This document shows, in pieces, positions 11,935 to 24,208 of a DNA stretch of 64,000 nucleotides (the first letter of the stretch is position 1; each line of letters starts with the position of its first letter). Both the position numbers and the translations under genes were made by a program. The notes beneath the pieces are model-generated. The model saw only the letters and a list, made by a program, of their open reading frames with translations, was not told where the DNA came from and ran no database searches. Source of the stretch: Chiloscyllium plagiosum (taxonomy: Eukaryota); NCBI RefSeq assembly GCF_004010195.1, contig NC_057750.1, positions 7,322,530 to 7,386,529 on the forward strand, written 5' to 3'.

Positions 11935-12528
11935 CATTCAGTGTAGGAGGTGGGAGGTCGAGTCACAGCTGTGCAGGACATTGGCTAGGCCACTTTTGTG
12001 TTCAGTTCTGGTTGCCCTGCTACAGGAAGGATGTTGTGAAACTGGAGAGGGTTCAGAACAGATTTACAAGGCTGATGTCAGGCTTGGAGGGTTTGAGCTA
12101 TAGGGAGAGGCTGAATAGGCTGGGGCTGTTTTCCTTGGAGCGCCAGAGGCTGAGGGTGACCTTATAGAGCGTTATAAAATCATGAGGGGCATGGATAAGG
12201 TAAATAGTCAAGGTCTTTTCCCTGGGGTGGGGGAGTCCAGAACTAGAGGGCATAGGTTTAGGGTGAGAGGGGAAAGATATAAAAGGGACCTAAGGGGCAA
12301 CGTTTTCACATAGTGGGTGGTACGTGTATGGAATGAGCTGCCAGAGGAAGTGGTGGAGGCTGGTACAATGATTACATGTAAAAGGCATCTGGATGTGTAT
12401 ATGAATAGGAAAGGTTTAGAGGGATATGGATATATGTTGGCAAATAGGACTGGATTGGGTTGGGATATCTGGTCGGCATAGACGAGTTGGACCGAAGGGT
12501 CTATTTCCGTGCTGTACATCTCTATGAC
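11935..12528 (+). mobile_element. HER1/CR1 LINE 3' fragment
   Basis: QFW.PCYRKDVVKLERVQ region through 3' UTR ending 'ctctatgact'. Confidence 0.9.
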
Positions 12529-12773
12529 TTTAAATGCCTTTGGCTTTTACCAATGTAAGGTATGTCCAATCCAATATTTTGTTATCCTTTGATATGCAAA
12601 GACTGCACAGCACTGTTTTAGTACCTGTGTAATCACAAAGATTTTCCATGAGTAAGGCATATTTTTGGAAAAAAAATGTTTGAGGATGGATCCCATCTGA
12701 CCAAGGGAAAAAGAATTTAAAAAACCAAGTCCCATGTTTCCCCGCTCCGTAGCTCTGCAGATTTGTATAGAAC

Positions 12774-13524
12774 TGGAAATGTGTTGCTGGAAAAGCGCAG
12801 CAGGTCAGGCAGCATCCAGGGAACAGGAGAATCGACGTTTCGGGCATAAGCCCTTCTTCAGGAATGAGGAAAGTTTGTCCAGCAGGCTAAGATAAAAGGT
12901 AGGGAGGAGGGACTTGGGGGAGGAGCGTCGGAAATGTGATAGGTGGAAAGAGGTCAAAGTGAGGGTGATAGGTCAGACTGGGGTGGGGGCGGAGAGGTCG
13001 GGAAGAAGATTGCAGGTTAGGAAGGCGGTGCTGAATTCGATGGATTTGACTGAGACAAGGTGGGGGGAGGGGAAATGAGGAAACTGGTGAAACCCGAGTT
13101 CATCCCTTGTGGTTGGAGAGTTCCTAGCCGGAAGATGAGGCGTTCTTCATCCAACCGTCGTTTCGCTGTGGTCTGACGATGGAGGAATCCAAAGACCTGC
13201 ATATCCTTGGTGGAATGGGAGGTGGGCGCAAGTCTTGCACCTCCTGCGGTTGCAGGGGAGGGTGCCGGGAGTGGAGGTTGGGTTGGTGGGGGGTGTGGGT
13301 CTGACGAGGGAGTCACGGAGGGAGTGGTCTTTACGGAATGCTGATAGGGGAGGGGAGGGAAATATATCCTTGGTGGTGGGGTCCGTTTGGAGGTAGCGGA
13401 AATGACGGCGGATGATGCGCTGTACATGGAGATTGGTGGGGTGGTAGGTGAGGACCAGTGGGGTTCTGGCCTTGGAGGGAGGTGAGGGGGGAGGTGTGGG
13501 CGCAAGTCTTGCACCTCCTGCGGT
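12774..13524 (-). mobile_element. Penelope-like (Neptune-type) retroelement, internally deleted 3' part
   Basis: 'PLVLTYHP...PCNRRRCKTCAH' Cys linker and GIY-YIG C-terminus 'RRLDEERLIFRLGTLQPQGMN'; hammerhead in 3' terminus; 18-bp TSD tgcagatttgtatagaac (12756-73 / 13525-42). Confidence 0.9.
12829..12866 (-). ncRNA. Minimal type-I hammerhead ribozyme motif
   Basis: cattc-CTGAAGA-a-GGGC-ttat-GCCC-GAAA-cg-TC-gattc; activity untested. Confidence 0.7.
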
Positions 13525-13664
13525 TGCAGATTTGTATAGAACCCCTACAGTGTGGAAACAGGCCATTCGGCCCAACCCTCCGAAGAGTAACCCACCCAGA
13601 CCCATTTTCCCTACCTTATGTTTATCTCTGACTAATGCATCTATACATCCTTGAACACATGGAG

Positions 13665-14035
13665 CAATTCCCCATGGCTAACCCACCTAGTCTGCACATC
13701 CCCGGACACTACAGGGTAATTTCCCCATGGCTAACCCACCTAGCCTGCACATCCCTGGACACTACAGGGTAATTTCCCCATGGCTAACCCACCTAGCCTG
13801 CACATCCCCGGACACTACAGGGTAATTTCCCCATGGCTAACCCACCTAGCCTGCACATCCCCGGACACTACAGGGCAATTTCCCCATGGCTAACCCACCT
13901 AGCCTGCACATGCCTGGACACTACAGGGCAATTTCCCCATGGCTAACCCACCTAGCCTGCACATCCCCAGACACTACAGGGCAATTTCCCATGGTTAGTC
14001 CACCTGGCCTACACATCCCTGGACACTATGGAGTA
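13665..14035. repeat. 53-bp minisatellite (7 units) inside an HE1 SINE (13543-14380, -)
   Basis: 'catgg' anchors at 13673, 13726, 13779, 13832, 13885, 13938, 13990. Confidence 0.95.
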
Positions 14036-14046
14036 ATTCAGCATGG

Positions 14047-14200
14047 AGACCGTGAGGTCTGCAGATGCTGGAGATCACAGTTGAGAGTGTGTTGCTGGAA
14101 AAGCACAATAGGTCAGGCAGCATCCGAGGAGCAGGAAAAATTGACGTTTCAGGTGATGAAGGGCTCCAACCCGAAATGTTAATGTTCCTGCTCCTCGGGT
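14047..14200. mobile_element. Fold-back PLE terminal element
   Basis: Arms ccgaggagcaggaa / ttcctgctcctcgg around a degenerate hammerhead; imperfect TSD gtaatt(c/t)ag(c/a)atgg. Confidence 0.75.
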
Positions 14201-15294
14201 AATTTAGAATGGCCAATTCACCTTAACCTGTGCATCTTTGGACTGTGAGAGGAAACCAGAGCACCCGCAGGTAACCCATGCAGGCGCAGGGAGAATGTGC
14301 AAACTCCACACAGTCACCCGAGGGTGGAATCAAACCTGAATCCCTGGTGCCATGGGGGAGCAGCGCTAACCATCGAGCCATCTACCTCCCATTTTCTTTT
14401 TTAAAAGACATCTTCAGGGGTTTGCAGACTCGAAGGGCCTACTCCTGCACCTATTTCCTATGTTTAAATGTCCCACGGAGAACCACAGTTAAACGTGCCT
14501 TGTTTTCAGGCACGCTGGGCCAGGTGGAAAAGAAACCATTTGTATCACAGATGGATCACAACCAGGAGGAGGCCATTTGGGTCTTCACGGCTGTGCTAGC
14601 CCTCTGCAAGAACACCTCAGCAAGATCCCACTCAAATAACCAAGTGGAAACGTTTGAGAGTGATTTCAGGGTCAAAGTGCAGCACCAAGGCGAATCCTAC
14701 TTCTGATGGGCCTATTGAAAATTTATCCGGATCCCAAGGGATCCAGGGTTCCTCGAATCGGTTGAGATTCCCCCGTCACATATTCTGATTGCATCAAGAC
14801 TGGCGTCAATGTTAGCTTTGAAATGACAGCAGACACTGGGAAATACCAAAACTATTTGTGGTCTTGAGGGATCAAAGGAAGAGTAACAATATTTTTATTG
14901 ACAAAAGCAAATTAAATCAATACCAGATACCAACAGAAAAGCAGGGGAAAAAAATTTCTGCTTGACATTTTCATCTTTCTTTGGTGTTACTTCATACTTT
15001 AGCAACTCCGGTCCCACGCCCCTGAATCCAATGAGTCAGTTTGTGTTGTATTTACAAAGGAGTCTGCTCCTCACTCAAGCAGAAACTGAGAAAGTGCTAT
15101 CACGTGCTGGAGATGTGAAAGAAACACACATGGTGGTACGGATACAGGGTAAAGCTTTCTCTACACTATTTCCCCCCCCCCATCAAACACTCCCAGGACA
15201 GGGATAGCATGGCGTTAGATACAGAGTAAAGCTCTTTCTTGTCCAATGGTAATGTCTGAGAGATGACATTGATTCACCATTGTGAAGTAAATTT

Positions 15295-15298
<4 letters not shown>

Positions 15299-15366
<68 letters not shown>
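15299..15366. repeat. (CA)n microsatellite
   Basis: Uninterrupted AC run. Confidence 0.98.
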
Positions 15367-15368
<2 letters not shown>

Positions 15369-16169
15369 TGGCGCGAGTGTATTGACTTACAAACAGTCAC
15401 TCAGAACCCCACGCACCTTCCAGGGCCATGTGTGCATTCTGCGATTTTCCCAAGAGATGCACAAAGTGGTGAATGTTCATTTCCCTTTGTGAGATTGAGC
15501 ATCACATCCAAGGACCCACAAGGGGTTTGATTCTTTCATATGCCACCATTCCAACCAGCTCTGGGTGAGATTGCCAACATACAGATCACTGCCACGGAAC
15601 GCTGTGGAGACCAGGTCATTGAGTATATTTAAGACGGAGATAGATAGGGTCTTGAGTATCCAGCAGATCGAGGTTTATGGGGAGAATGTGGTTGAGATCT
15701 TCCCAGCCATGATTGAATGGTACAGCAGACTCGATGGGCGGAATGGCCTAATTTCTGCTCCTATATCTTATGGGTGCCTTTTTCTCAATTTGATTTGACT
15801 TCCTTTGAACAGCAAATAATTCATGACTCTGTGATTGACACAAAGAAAACAATAAGAAAGATTTTGTTTTATTAACCTTTTTTTTTCTCATCAACCCGTT
15901 CAGAGAGCAGGTCGGACTTGAACCTGGACCCCCTGGTCTAGGGCAGGGACACTATCACCATGGCACAAGAGGGCCCTTACTGATGGCAATAAGATTGGCA
16001 GAGCCAAGTTAGGCTTAATGCGATGTGTATCACTCCATCTGTATTTAAAGCTGGTTACAAGGACATGAATAGGAAAGGTTTGGAGGGATATGGGCCAAAC
16101 ACAGGCAGGTGGGACTAGTTCAGTTTAGGAGACCTCATTGGCCTGGTCAAGTTGGTCCGAAGGTTGAGA

Positions 16170-16290
16170 CTATGGTGCTGGAAAAGCACAGCAGGTCAGA
16201 TAGGTCCGATTTCATCAGGATACCAGGGCTTTTGCCCGAAATGTCGATTCTCCTCCTCAGATGCTGCCTGACCTGCTGTGCTTTTCCAGG
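16170..16290. mobile_element. Fold-back PLE terminal element
   Basis: ctggaaaagcacagcaggtcag ... ctgacctgctgtgcttttccag; hammerhead remnant gggcttttgcccgaaatgtc. Confidence 0.75.
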
Positions 16291-16298
16291 GTTTGTTA

Positions 16299-16465
16299 AG
16301 CAAGGTGAGGGTGACTCACTATATAGCTGTACAGAATCACTGCTTATTCAGCATGGTAAGGGTCACTCACTGTGTAACCATACAGAGTCAGGGTTTATTC
16401 AGCAGGGTAAGGGTCACTCACTGTGTTACCGTACAGAGTCAGGGTTTATTCAGCAGGGTAAGGGT
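16299..16465. repeat. 51-bp tandem repeat, ~3.3 units
   Basis: 'ggt(g/a)aggg' at 16304, 16355, 16406, 16457. Confidence 0.9.
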
Positions 16466-16967
16466 TAAATTATTGTCATTCAAAAAGAGGCTGAATATTT
16501 ACTTTATGTCCTTATTGTCAACCTGTTATATACCTCACTGCTCCTGACTGCAGCGCATCTCAAAACAATCGCCTGCAGAACTCGGGAGAGCAATCAAACT
16601 GTCAGTGCTCTGTGATTTACATGAACTGTGTCTGCGTGGAGAGATATGGTGACAAGGATCAGATCATACGGTGAAGCAGCGATAGCAATGTTGGCATGTA
16701 ACCAATCAATCACCTTGGGACTGGAATAAAATTGAATCACCTGAGGTGTTTTCTGAGAATAACAGTCATCCACCAACGAAAAGCATTTGCCGAACGTTGG
16801 TCTCACACGACGATATATTAAAGGTGATTGTCACTGGCTGTGACCCCAAGCTAAAAGGAAATTCACCAAGTGTATGACGACTTTATTCACATCTTCCATC
16901 ATTCCACTTTCCTGAAAACTACTGATTCAGACTGAGACAATCACTAGCACATTCCCAGGCTTGGTCA

Positions 16968-17590
16968 TCAGTCAGAGAGATATCCAGCACGGAAACAGAC
17001 CCTTTGGCCCAACTCCTCCCTGCCGACCAGATATCCCAAATTAATCTTGTTCCATTTGCCAGCACTTGGCCCATTTCCCTCCAAACCCTTCCTATTCATA
17101 TACCCATCCAGATGCCTTTTAAATGCTGTAATTTTACCAGCCTCCACCACTTCCTCTGACAGCTTATTCCGTACAGGCACCACCCTCTGTGTGAAAAAGT
17201 TGTCCCTAAGATGCCTATTAAATGTTTCGTCTCTCACCTTAAGCCCAGCATAGTTCAATGGCTCAGTGGTTAGAACTGCTACCTCACAGCACCAGGGACC
17301 TGTGTTCAATTCCAGCCTTGGGCAACTGTCTGTGTGGAGTTTGCACGTTGTCCCAATGTCTGCGTGGGTTTCCTCTGAGTGCTCGGGTTTCCACCCACAG
17401 TCCAGGGATGTGCAGGTCAGGGTGGATTGGCCATGCTAAATTGCCTCGTAGTGTGCAGGTTTGGTGGATGAGTGATGGAAAATGCAGGGTTACAGAGGAT
17501 GGGAATGGATCTGGGTGGGATGCCCTTTGGAGTGTCACTGTAGACTCAATGGGCCGGGGGGTGGGGCTCCCACACTGTAGGGGGTTCTAT
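16968..17590. mobile_element. HER1 LINE tail (-, 16968-17242) followed by HE1 SINE (+, 17258-17590)
   Basis: Similarity to the other in-window copies. Confidence 0.85.
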
Positions 17591-17834
17591 GCTGTCTAGT
17601 CTTGCATGTACATTCATTGTGGGAAAATAGTTAACTCCAAAGATCTGCCAAAAGGACAGTATAGACGACAAACACAGTGTGAGATGTTAACAGTCATCTC
17701 AATACAATTGCCAGTCAAAACTCCCTCATAATGAGATACATTAATAGTCATCCTTCCTCCCCCCCACCCACCCCAATGATTAGTATATCCCCTCCCAATG
17801 TTCATTTATGGGGACAGAATGCTGCTGCATTTGA

Positions 17835-18040
17835 GAAAGCTGCTGGAGAAACTCAGCAGGTCTGGCAGCATCTTTGGAGATAAAGCAGAGTTAGTGTTTC
17901 AGAACAGTTCTGTAGACGGCTCACAGGACCCAAAGCACTAACTCTGTTTCATTCTCTCCGAGGATGCTGCCAGACCTGCTGAATTTCTCTAGCGCTTCTC
18001 ATTTCATTTACAGATCTCCAGCATCTGCGAAGTCCTTTGT
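17835..18040. mobile_element. Fold-back PLE terminal element, older subfamily
   Basis: gctggagaaactcagcaggtctggcagcatc ... gatgctgccagacctgctgaatttctctagc; shared 'tccagcatctgc' 3' end. Confidence 0.7.
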
Positions 18041-18169
18041 TTCATGGCTACAAATGGAGCTGGAGGCAAAGCAGTGGGAAATATTCCCATTTCTACCTCC
18101 CCTGGAGACAAAGCACTGCAGAAAGCCAGCATGGACTCGATGTGCCGAAAGGCGGTTTCTATGCTGGGT

Positions 18170-18980
18170 GTTAAGGTTAGGTCACTTTTGGAATACGACG
18201 TTTGATTCTGGTCTCTCTGCTATAGGAAGGATGTTGTGAAACTTGACAGGGATCAGAACAGATTGACAAGGATGTTGCCAGAGTTGGAGAATTTGAACTA
18301 TAGGGAGAGGCTGGATAGTTTGGGGCTGTTTCTCGGGAGTGTCGGAAGCTGAGGGGTGACCTTAACAGAGGTGGCTCAGTGGTTAGCAACACTGCCTCAG
18401 ACGGCTATCTGTGCAGAGTTTGCACATTCTCCCCGTGTCTGCGTGGGTTTCCTCCAGGTGCTCCGGTTTCCTCCCACAGTCCAAAGGTGTGCAGGTTAGG
18501 GTGGATTGGCCCTGGGAAATGCAGGGTTGGGATGGGGTGGTGTGTTGGATCTGGGTAGAATGCTCATCGAAGGGTTGGTGCCAACTGGATGGGCTAAATG
18601 GCCTGCTTCCTCACTGCAGAGCATCTAAAATCATGAGGGGCACGGATAGGGTGAATAACCAGGGTATTTTCCCCATGATGGTGGAGTCCAAAGCTAGAGG
18701 GCATAGGTTTAAGGTGAGAGAGGAAAGATTAAAAGGGACCTAAGGGGCAACCTTTTCACACAGAGGGTGGTACGTGTGTGGAATGAGCTGCCAGAGGAAG
18801 TGGTGGAGGCTGGTACAATGACAACATTTAAAAGGCATCTGGATGGGTATATGAATAGGAAGGGTTGGGAGGGAAATGGGCCAAGTGCTGGCAGGTGGGA
18901 CTAGATTAATTTAGGATATCTGGTCAGCAGGGACAGGATGGACTGAAGGGTCTGTTTCCGTGCTGTATAACGTATGATTC
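18170..18980 (+). mobile_element. HER1 LINE interrupted by an HE1 SINE (18369-18625)
   Basis: LINE resumes at 'taaaatcatgaggggc' after the SINE. Confidence 0.85.
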
Positions 18981-20649
18981 CATATGCTTTGCCCCTTTTT
19001 TGTTATTTTGAATCATTTGTGGGCTGAGGGTGTGATTTTTAACAAACCAGGTCCACAATTACACAGGATGACAGATAGCAATAACATCAAAAGTTGGTAG
19101 ATCATGTTTTGCTTCCTGTGGTGTTGGATAAGAGAGGCTAGTTATCCAGGGCTCCAGGGGTGTCTCACCTATTCCTGGTGCTCGATATTTTATGATAGCC
19201 AGCTAAAGTGTGAGAAGGGAGCTTGGCTCTCCCAATTCAACTGACTACAACATTGCAAATTCCAAAATTAATTTGACCCCGTTTCTCTGGCTCTCTATGG
19301 GCACGCAGATTCACTCGTTTCCTACTGTGGTCCACAAAATATTTTATATGATATTTCTAGGGAGAGCCATCCATCTGTTTCGATGTCCCTGGGGGACGAG
19401 TTGGAAGGAATTTGTTTTCCCACACGGAACACTGTCAGCCCTGAAACAAACTGACAGATAAATGTTTTCACGGCATGGGGGGGGAGTCGATATTTTAACT
19501 TGCATTTAGAAAGCGCCTTTTATAGCCTCAGCACTTTGCTGGGGGGGGGGGGGGGGGGGGTGGACAAGGTGGTCCCTGTGTGGAATCAGATTCCACACAT
19601 CGGTTTGCAGATTCCGAACGGGCTAGGCAGCAGGAGCAGAGAGTCCGGGAATTCTCTGCAAATTGGGTGAGGTGGAGAGAGAGAGAGAGGGATTTAATGT
19701 TTCGGGTTTCAACAACCCTTTTCACTATTTCTCATGATGTCTTCTGGAGAGAAACGTCACCCGGGAAACGGCAAAATTGCCCTTTAACGTCTTCAAATGT
19801 CACGCAGAACTCTAACCAACTCTTAATCTGAGGAGCTATTTCCTTCCTTAATCCCTCCATTCTTGTGTACTTAATAGACTGATGTCTAACACTATTCAGC
19901 TCTAAATATGTGCAACTTAATATGTTCCTTAACATTTTGAGGGATAAAATAATAGGGATACGGGTAAACATTCAAAGCTTGCTCTAATATTCTTTTAAAA
20001 AAAAACTGTGGCTGATCTTAATTCCAAAGGCCCTCCTTCTCCCTCTGTCCCTTCATTCAATTAGCGCCCAAACATCTACAAGAGGAGGGTCAGGGGGTCG
20101 TAAAATGACTATCGATCGGCCATTCAGACTTGGTTATGTGATACCAGCTCAGAGAAAGCGGCACCTTTTTTTTTTGATGCAGAGTCTGTGGAATGAACTA
20201 GCTGAGGACCTGGTTATGGTTAAAACGTTTAAAAGACATTTGGTAAAGGACTCGAATAGGAAAGGTTTGGAGGGATTATGGACCAAACGCAGGTAGGTGG
20301 GACGAGTTTAACTTGGGATTATGGATTGGTTGGACCGAAGGGTGATGCATGACTGTCAGGTATGTCGTGGTTGAGTTGGGAAGTTGATTTGCAGACATTT
20401 TGCCCCCTGCCTAGGTGACATCTTCAGTGCTTTGGGATACAATAAGGACTATCCCTATTGTGTTTCTCACATGTTTTCTCAGCTCATGCTTGCTGGAGCT
20501 GGTGCTGACAACTGAGCCTCCACTGGACTGGCTTGTCATGGGTCATCATTGGTCAAGGTGGAATCGGGTGGAAGGATAAAACAATTAAAGTTTAGACCAG
20601 AACAAAGGAGTAGGCCACTCAGCCCCTCAGTTCCTATTCTTTCATTATG

Positions 20650-21225
20650 TTGCAGCCGTACAGGATATAGGTTTGGCCACTTTTGGAATACTGTGTTATA
20701 TTCTGGCCTCCCTGCTACAGGGAGGATGTTGTGAAACATGAAAGGTTTCAGAAAAGATTTACAAGGATGTTGCTGTGTTTGGAGGGTTTGAGCTATAGGC
20801 AGAGGCTGAATAAACTGGAGCTGTTTTCCCTGGAGCATCAAAGGCTGAGTGGTGACCTTACAGAGGTTTATAAAATTATGAGGGGCATGGACAGGGTGAA
20901 TAGACAAGGTATTTTCCCTGGGGTAGTGAGTCCAAAACTAGAGGGCATAGGTTTAGGGTGAGAAGGGAAAGATATAAAAGGGACCTAAGGGACAATGTTT
21001 TCACACAGAGGGTGGTGCATGTATGGGATGAGCTGCCAGAGGAAGTGGTGGAGGCTGGTACAATTGCAACATTTAAAAGGCATCTGGATGGGTATATGAA
21101 TAGGAAGGGTTTGGAGGGATATGGGCCAAGTGCTAACAAATGGGATTAGATTAGGTGAGGATATCTGGTCAGCATGGATGAGTTGGGCCGAAGGGTCTGT
21201 TTCTGTGTTGTACATCTCTGTGATT
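20650..21225 (+). mobile_element. HER1/CR1 LINE 3' fragment
   Basis: 'EYCVIFWPPCYREDVVKHERFQKRFTRML...DLTEVYKIMRG'. Confidence 0.9.
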
Positions 21226-21719
21226 CTGTCATTCCCCATTTGGATCAAACCTCCAATTAAACATCTGTGGCTGCCAGTTTTGAACATTATCTGCTTTTGT
21301 CTTGATTACCTTTATCTGCATTATCTTTTATTCATTCATGGGATGAGGGCATCCCTGGCTAGGCCAACATTTATTACCCATCCCTAATTTCCCAGGGAAT
21401 AGATATAAAAGGGACCTGAGGGGCAACTTTTTCACACAGAGGGTGGTGTGTGTATTGAATGAGCTGCTGGAGGAAGTGGTGGCGGCTGGTACTATTACAG
21501 TATTTAAAAGTCATCTGGATGGGTATACTTTTTAGGAATCCACTTGACTAATTGCCCAGAGGGCAGTTAAGACACGACCACATTGCTGTGTGTCTGGAGT
21601 CACACACAGGCCTGACCACGTAAGGATAGCAGTTTCCACATAGTCACGACAGCCCTCTGTGGTAAAGAATTGCACAGATTCACTACCCCTCTGAAAGAAG
21701 AAATATTGAGACTTGACAT

Positions 21720-22170
21720 TGCTGAGAAAAGCAGAGTTTTTTGCTTACACACATCCGATCAGTTTGCAAGAATAAATCGGGTGAGCGACATTTTTATTCT
21801 GTATGTATGATTGATTGATAAGTGGATTCCAATAGCTCAGGACATGGCCTTTAAGAATGCACCAGTCAGTTGATGACCAACAGTTAACTCCCAAGCTTTG
21901 TTTAAATTTAAACCAGGCAGCTTGCTGATTGGACAAGGCATGGGTTTGGAGAATGAACCTGAGAAGGTTTGTAGCTAGCTATGTTAAAACAAGTGCAATG
22001 TATCTATGTCTTACTTATGTATCCAAAGAATATAGCCCTGTGAAGTAACATACGTAGGTTCAACTGTGCAAAAATGTCAGCCCACCGAAAATCCTAAACT
22101 CTTCGTGCAATTCCTGGCACAGCCGGGATTATTTAGCAAATGCTGTCTGATTCCAGTATCTAACTGGTGT
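21720..22170 (-). mobile_element. Decayed second-clade PLE, GIY-YIG C-terminus plus 3' region
   Basis: Minus strand reads 'DTGIRQHLLNNPGCARNC' then 'VEPTYVTSQGYILWIHK*', resembling the PLE endonuclease end (S.IG.HLL.NP.CA / LEA.YI...P.LC.QK). Confidence 0.55.
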
Positions 22171-22424
22171 TTGCAGGGCATAATTGAAAAATGAGGGCTC
22201 TCCTGTCCAAGGCAGAGTTGAGGAGAATTTTTCTCTCAATAGGTCGAGAGTCTTTGGAACTCTTTCTTTTCCAGACAGCGGGGGAGAGGCACGGTCGTTG
22301 AATAAGTTTAAGGCAAAGTCAGGTACTTTCTTGGCTGAGACGTGTAGGAGTGGGGGAGCTACAGGGGCAGATAGGAAAGTAGACTTGAAACCACAATCAG
22401 ATCAGCCACATCCTTTTGCTTGTA

Positions 22425-23100
22425 TCACAAAATGTTGGTTTGCAGATGCAGCAAGTAAGTAAGAAATCAAATGGAATATTGTCCTTCCTTGTTAGAGGAA
22501 TGGAGTTTACAAACAGGGCGGTCATGTTGCAGCTGTACGGGGTGTTGGTAAGGCCACACCTGGAGTAATGTGTCAAGTTTTGGTCTCCTTACTTGAGAAA
22601 GGATGTACTGGCCCGTGAGGGTGTGCAGAGGAGGTTCTCTGTGTTGGTTCTGGTATTGGGTATGTTGGCTTATGAGGAAAGATTGAGTAGACTGGGATTA
22701 TACTCATTGGAATTTAAAGGGGGGGGGGATTTTACAGTAACTGGTTAAATTACAAAGGAAACAGATAAGATAGAAGGTTGTTTCCTTTGGAAGGTGAAAC
22801 TAGAACTAGGGGCATAGCCTTAAAATTAGGGGGAGCAGATTTCAGACTGAGCTGAGGAGGAACTTATTCATCCAAAGGGTTGGGAATCAGTAGAATTCTC
22901 CGCCCAGTGAAGCAGTTGAGGCATCCTAGTTGAATGTTTTTAAGGTGAAGATAGATTTTTGAACAGTAAAGGGATTAAGGGTGATGGTGAGCGGGTGGGT
23001 AAGTGGAGCTGAGGCCATGATAAAGATCAGCCATGGTCTTATTGAATGGGGGAGCAGACTCGAGGTGTCGGATGGTCTGTTACTCCTATTTCTTACGGTT
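22425..23100 (+). mobile_element. CR1-type LINE 3' fragment
   Basis: 'LQLYGVLVRPHLE*CVKFWSPYLRKDVLA' and 3' UTR. Confidence 0.85.
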
Positions 23101-24208
23101 TCATTGAACAGCAGACCAGTCGAAAGGGGCTATGTGATTGACTCCTCCTCTTAATACATCTGCAAATAGGGCCTGCAAACGTTTTGGAAAGTTATTTCCA
23201 AGGCCTTTTGCAGGAAGAATTGCTTCATGATTCACTGCCAATTGTTCACTGCTCGCTCTGACTTTATGTTTGTCCCTGTTTGTTTGCGCTGACCCAGCAG
23301 AGGAAGTAAGTTCAGCAGAGCTGTTCAATAAATCCCTTCCATCATCTTAGACATTTTTAAAGGCTCACATTCAACCCTTTAAAGTTGAGGGACGCAAGCC
23401 AACTCTGAGGCCGAAATGTTGCTAAAAAGAGACACAAACTCGAGGCCTTTCATCCTGCCTTTCTCGTGCAAGAAATTAAACTTAGAAAGTTCATCTTGCA
23501 GTCACACGCTGCTGCTACTGAACGTCAGTGGGGGAGAGAGTGAATAGCCATAGAGTCATACAACATGGAAACAGACCCTTCGGTCTAACTCGTTCATAGA
23601 TCCAAAATTAATCGAATCCCCTTTGCCAGTATAAGATGTTGGTCATAGAATCCCTACAGTATGGAAACAGGCCCTTCAGCCCAACAAGTCCACACCAACC
23701 AACTGAAGAGTAACCCTCCCAGACCCATTCCCCTTCCCTATTACTCTACATTTACCCCTGAATAATGCACCTAACCCACACATCCCTGAACACTGTGGGG
23801 CAATTTAGCATGGTCAATTCACCCTACCCTGCACATCTTAAGACTGTGGGAGGAAACCAGAGCATCCAGAGGAAACCCACGCAGACACGGGGAGAACGTG
23901 CAAACTCCACTCAGACAGTCGCCCGAGGCTGGAGTCGAACCCAGGTCCCTGGCGCTGTGAGGCAGCAGTGCTAACCATTGCAATTTCTGGAGTACTGTGT
24001 ACAGTTCTGGTTGCCTTTGTTATAGGAAGGATATTATTAAATTGGAGAAGGTGCAGGAAAGATTGACAAGGATGCTGGCGGGAATGGAGGATTTGAGTTA
24101 TAAAGAGAGACTGGGACTTTTTTTCACTGGAGCATAGGAGGCTTTGTAGACGTTTATAAAATCTTGAGGGACATAGATAAGGTGAATGGCAGGTAGGGTA
24201 GGAGATTT

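Noticed and set aside
19540..19560. Poly-G tract as a functional element
   Set aside because: Simple homopolymer, prone to length error, no other support
23265..23312. Microexon (cag/cag-AGGAA-gtaagt)
   Set aside because: 5 or 8 nt, not frame-preserving, and no host gene evident
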